DNA of 32,000 nucleotides from Dickeya solani IPO 2222 (GTDB lineage Bacteria; Pseudomonadota; Gammaproteobacteria; Enterobacterales; Enterobacteriaceae): NCBI RefSeq assembly GCF_001644705.1, contig NZ_CP015137.1, positions 2,160,001 to 2,192,000 of the forward strand, read 5' to 3'. Shown piece by piece: positions 29,588 to 32,000 of this stretch (position 1 is its first letter; each line of letters starts with the position of its first letter). The notes under the pieces were generated by a model. It saw only the letters and a program-made list of their open reading frames with translations, ran no database searches and was not told where the DNA came from. The position numbers and the translations under genes were made by a program.

Positions 29588-30850
29588 ATGGCTGAGCATC
29601 ATGATATCGACATGGGACAATCCCGACGCAATGCCGGGCTGATCATCGCCGCGCGTTTTATTTCCGATTTCGGCGCGTTTCTGAATATGGTGGCGCTGTC
29701 CACCTACGTGTATTTGCTGAGCAACAGCGTGGTGAACGTCAGTATTTTTCTGGCCTGCCGGGTAGCGGGCGGGCTGCTGGCGAGCCTGATCGGTACGCCG
29801 TTCTTCCGCCGCTTTCAGGGGCGTGCGTCGCTGGTTGGCTTCGACCTGCTGCGGGCGGCGTTGCTTTCATTGCTGCTGGTGCTGCCGCCAGCGTGGCAGT
29901 TGCCGCTGTTGCCGGCGATCGCGCTGGGGGTGGGGGTGGGGAACGCCATGTTTGCCATTGGGCTTAATAGCCAACTGCCTTATTGGGTGGCGGGTTCAAT
30001 GCGGCTGACCACCAACGCCTGGCTGACTTCGGTGGCGGCCAGCGGCGCGGTGCTGGGCAGCCTGGTGTCGGGGCTGCTGGTCGCCGGTTTCGGCTATCCG
30101 GTGGTGTTTGTGCTGAACGTGGCGACCTATCTGGCAGCCGCGCTGCTGATTCTGCCGTTGCGTATGGTCGAAAAACCGCAACCCCGCACGGGCCGGCGCG
30201 ATCGGCTCAGCGAGTGGCGTCAACTGAAAGCAGGGCTGCGCAGCGCGCCGATGCTGGCGGGCATGCTGATCGTCAGCATGGCGGACACCCTCGGCAGCGC
30301 CGCGCATAACGTGGGCTTTCCGGTGTTGTCCGCATTGATTTCGCCCGACAGCGCCAGTAAGACCATGGGGTTGATGCTGGCGCTGTGGGCGGTGGGCAAA
30401 TTCGCCGGCGCGCGGGTCAGCGGTTTTCTGCTCAGACAAGGGCAGCGCCGGGCGATGGAGCGGGCTTTTTTTATCGGCGTGGCGCTGATGTCTACCGGTT
30501 TTATTCTGACCTTCCAGCAAACCGGGCTGACGTGGCTGCTGGTGTTTGTGGTGTGGGCGGGCATTGGCGATGGCGTGGCGGAGGTCAGCCTGATTTCCCG
30601 CGCGCAGAGCGAACCGGAATCCCTGCGTCTGCCTATTTTCAGCCTGCTGACGTTGATGCAGATGACCGGGTTCGGCATCGGCATGCTGGTGGTGGCGCCG
30701 TTTTATGTGTGGTGGACGCCCGCGGCGGTGATTGTGCTGTTTCACGGTTTGCCGCTGTCCATGCTGCTGGTGGTACAGGGGTGGGCCTACCGTTATGGTC
30801 AGCGTACTCAGCTCGCCAAAGGTGATGTCGCGAAGCAGCGCGATGCGTAG
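29588..30850 (+). CDS. MFS efflux transporter, EntS/MFS_3-like exporter
   Basis: 420 aa and polytopic. The N-terminal pattern RNAGLIIAARFISDFGAFLNMVALSTYVYLL is typical of the EntS-type secretion-effector MFS group. It is the last gene of the co-directional cluster. Confidence 0.75.
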   Translation: MAEHHDIDMGQSRRNAGLIIAARFISDFGAFLNMVALSTYVYLLSNSVVNVSIFLACRVAGGLLASLIGTPFFRRFQGRASLVGFDLLRAALLSLLLVLPPAWQLPLLPAIALGVGVGNAMFAIGLNSQLPYWVAGSMRLTTNAWLTSVAASGAVLGSLVSGLLVAGFGYPVVFVLNVATYLAAALLILPLRMVEKPQPRTGRRDRLSEWRQLKAGLRSAPMLAGMLIVSMADTLGSAAHNVGFPVLSALISPDSASKTMGLMLALWAVGKFAGARVSGFLLRQGQRRAMERAFFIGVALMSTGFILTFQQTGLTWLLVFVVWAGIGDGVAEVSLISRAQSEPESLRLPIFSLLTLMQMTGFGIGMLVVAPFYVWWTPAAVIVLFHGLPLSMLLVVQGWAYRYGQRTQLAKGDVAKQRDA

Positions 30851-30887
30851 CGGGAGGCAGCGGTACAGGGTGAAAGGGTCGGTGAAC

Positions 30888-30920
30888 GACGGGATGTCAT
30901 GTCACCGACATGCTCCCGTC
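30888..30920. terminator. Hairpin between the convergent MFS exporter and frc genes
   Basis: GACGGGA pairs with TCCCGTC (outer stem) and CATGTC with GACATG (inner stem), with loop ACC. No U-tract follows, so terminator function is tentative. Confidence 0.4.
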
Positions 30921-30945
30921 AGTATCAGTAAGAGGCATCACGCCA

Positions 30946-32000
30946 TCAAATGACATTCCTGTTGCGCAGGGCCGCTACCGCTTCGCTGTCATAACCCAGT
31001 TCGCGCAGCACCTCTTCGGTATGCTCGCCGTACAAAGGGGAGCGGGTGATATCCACCGGGCTATCGGACATTTTTATCGGCATGCCAACGGTGGTGTACC
31101 TGCCACGCGTTGGATGATCGACCTCGACGATAGTGCCGCTGGCGTGCAGGGCATCATCTCTGGCGATCTCTTTCATTGAAAGAACCGGGCCGCAGGGGAT
31201 GTCATAGTGGTTGAGAATTTCCATCACCTCGAACTTACTCTTGGTCATCGTCCACTGTTCGATACGCTGGAAGATCGCTTTTAATCTTGGCAGGCGGGCG
31301 GCGGGCGTGTTGAAACACGCGTCCTCGATCCAGCCATTTTCGCCGATCAGGTTGCATATCGCCGGCCAAACCGCCGCCTGAGCGATGAGATAGAGGTAGG
31401 CGTTGTGGTCGGTTTCCCACCCCTTGCATTTGAGGATAGACCCCGGTTGCCCCCCGCCAGAAGCATTGCCTGCACGAGGCACCGCCTCGCCAAAGCGACC
31501 ATCCGGGAATTGTGGATATTCTTCCAATACGCCGGTACGTTCCAGTCGTTGTTGGTCACGCAGTTTGACCCGGCATAGATTGAGCACGGCATCTTGCATT
31601 GATACCGAGACTTTTTGTCCGCGTCCGGAGGTGTGACGCTGGAAAAGTGCGGAAACAATGCCAAGCGCGAGGTGCAAACCTGAGCCTGAATCGCCGATCT
31701 GTGCGCTAGTGACAACGGGTGGCCCATCGTTGAAGCCGGTGGTTGATGCTGCGCCGCCAGCGCATTGCGCCACGTTTTCATAGGATTTGCAGTCCTCGTA
31801 GCGACCGGGGCCAAAGCCTTTGACCGAGGCGAGGATCAGCCGTGGATTGACGGCATGGATGTGTTCCCAGGTCAGGCCCATGCGCTCCAGCGCGCCGGGA
31901 GCAAAATTCTCCACCAGTACGTCACAGCGTTGGATCAGGCTATCTACGATCTGCAGGCCTTCGGGCGTTTTGGTGTTGAGTGTCACGGCGCGTTTGTTGT
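30946..32000 (-). CDS. frc: Formyl-CoA:oxalate CoA-transferase (family III CoA-transferase), 5'-truncated by the window edge
   Basis: [63 protein letters not shown]...[22 protein letters not shown]...[21 protein letters not shown] is colinear with Oxalobacter Frc and E. coli YfdW. The frame stays open to position 32000, so the listed GTG at 31986 is not the true start. Confidence 0.88.
   Translation of the reverse strand, partial: NKRAVTLNTKTPEGLQIVDSLIQRCDVLVENFAPGALERMGLTWEHIHAVNPRLILASVKGFGPGRYEDCKSYENVAQCAGGAASTTGFNDGPPVVTSAQIGDSGSGLHLALGIVSALFQRHTSGRGQKVSVSMQDAVLNLCRVKLRDQQRLERTGVLEEYPQFPDGRFGEAVPRAGNASGGGQPGSILKCKGWETDHNAYLYLIAQAAVWPAICNLIGENGWIEDACFNTPAARLPRLKAIFQRIEQWTMTKSKFEVMEILNHYDIPCGPVLSMKEIARDDALHASGTIVEVDHPTRGRYTTVGMPIKMSDSPVDITRSPLYGEHTEEVLRELGYDSEAVAALRNRNVI

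Overview
Chromosomal window from an Enterobacterales genome, judged by eye to be most like Dickeya (Pectobacteriaceae) from gene order, protein sequences and high GC. It starts at the dnaA promoter. Positions 1-14.9 kb are conserved core: dnaA-dnaN-recF-gyrB, an MFS permease, rsmJ-prlC, a small YghW-like protein, rlmJ, rbn and gor. The rest looks accessory. (i) A GntR/HutC-controlled operon encodes a fumarate-lyase-superfamily enzyme and a DASS anion permease. (ii) A visibly AT-rich islet of about 4.1 kb carries an MBOAT acyltransferase and two SGNH proteins, the architecture of PatA/PatB/Ape1 peptidoglycan O-acetylation clusters. It sits at the 3' end of a YitT-family membrane protein gene and is bracketed by 72-bp direct repeats whose only three differences are synonymous in the YitT frame. 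No integrase or transposase is visible. (iii) An Lrp/AsnC regulator and a SerC-like class-V aminotransferase follow. (iv) The best candidate for an undescribed system is a tight four-gene operon behind a roughly 740-bp AT-rich, repeat-bearing leader. It encodes a KamA-family radical-SAM/PLP 2,3-aminomutase that lacks the lysine-binding aspartates, an L-amino-acid-ligase-type ATP-grasp enzyme, an IDO/PF10014-family Fe/2OG amino-acid hydroxylase and an EntS-like MFS exporter. I read this as a small modified-(beta-)amino-acid peptide (antimetabolite-type) biosynthesis and export cluster. (v) A partial formyl-CoA transferase gene (frc) runs off the right edge. Three unrelated short tandem-repeat arrays (16 or 18 bp units) lie in intergenic promoter regions. 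No rRNA, tRNA, CRISPR, IS element or prophage gene was recognised. All homology statements come from my reading of the translations, not from database searches.
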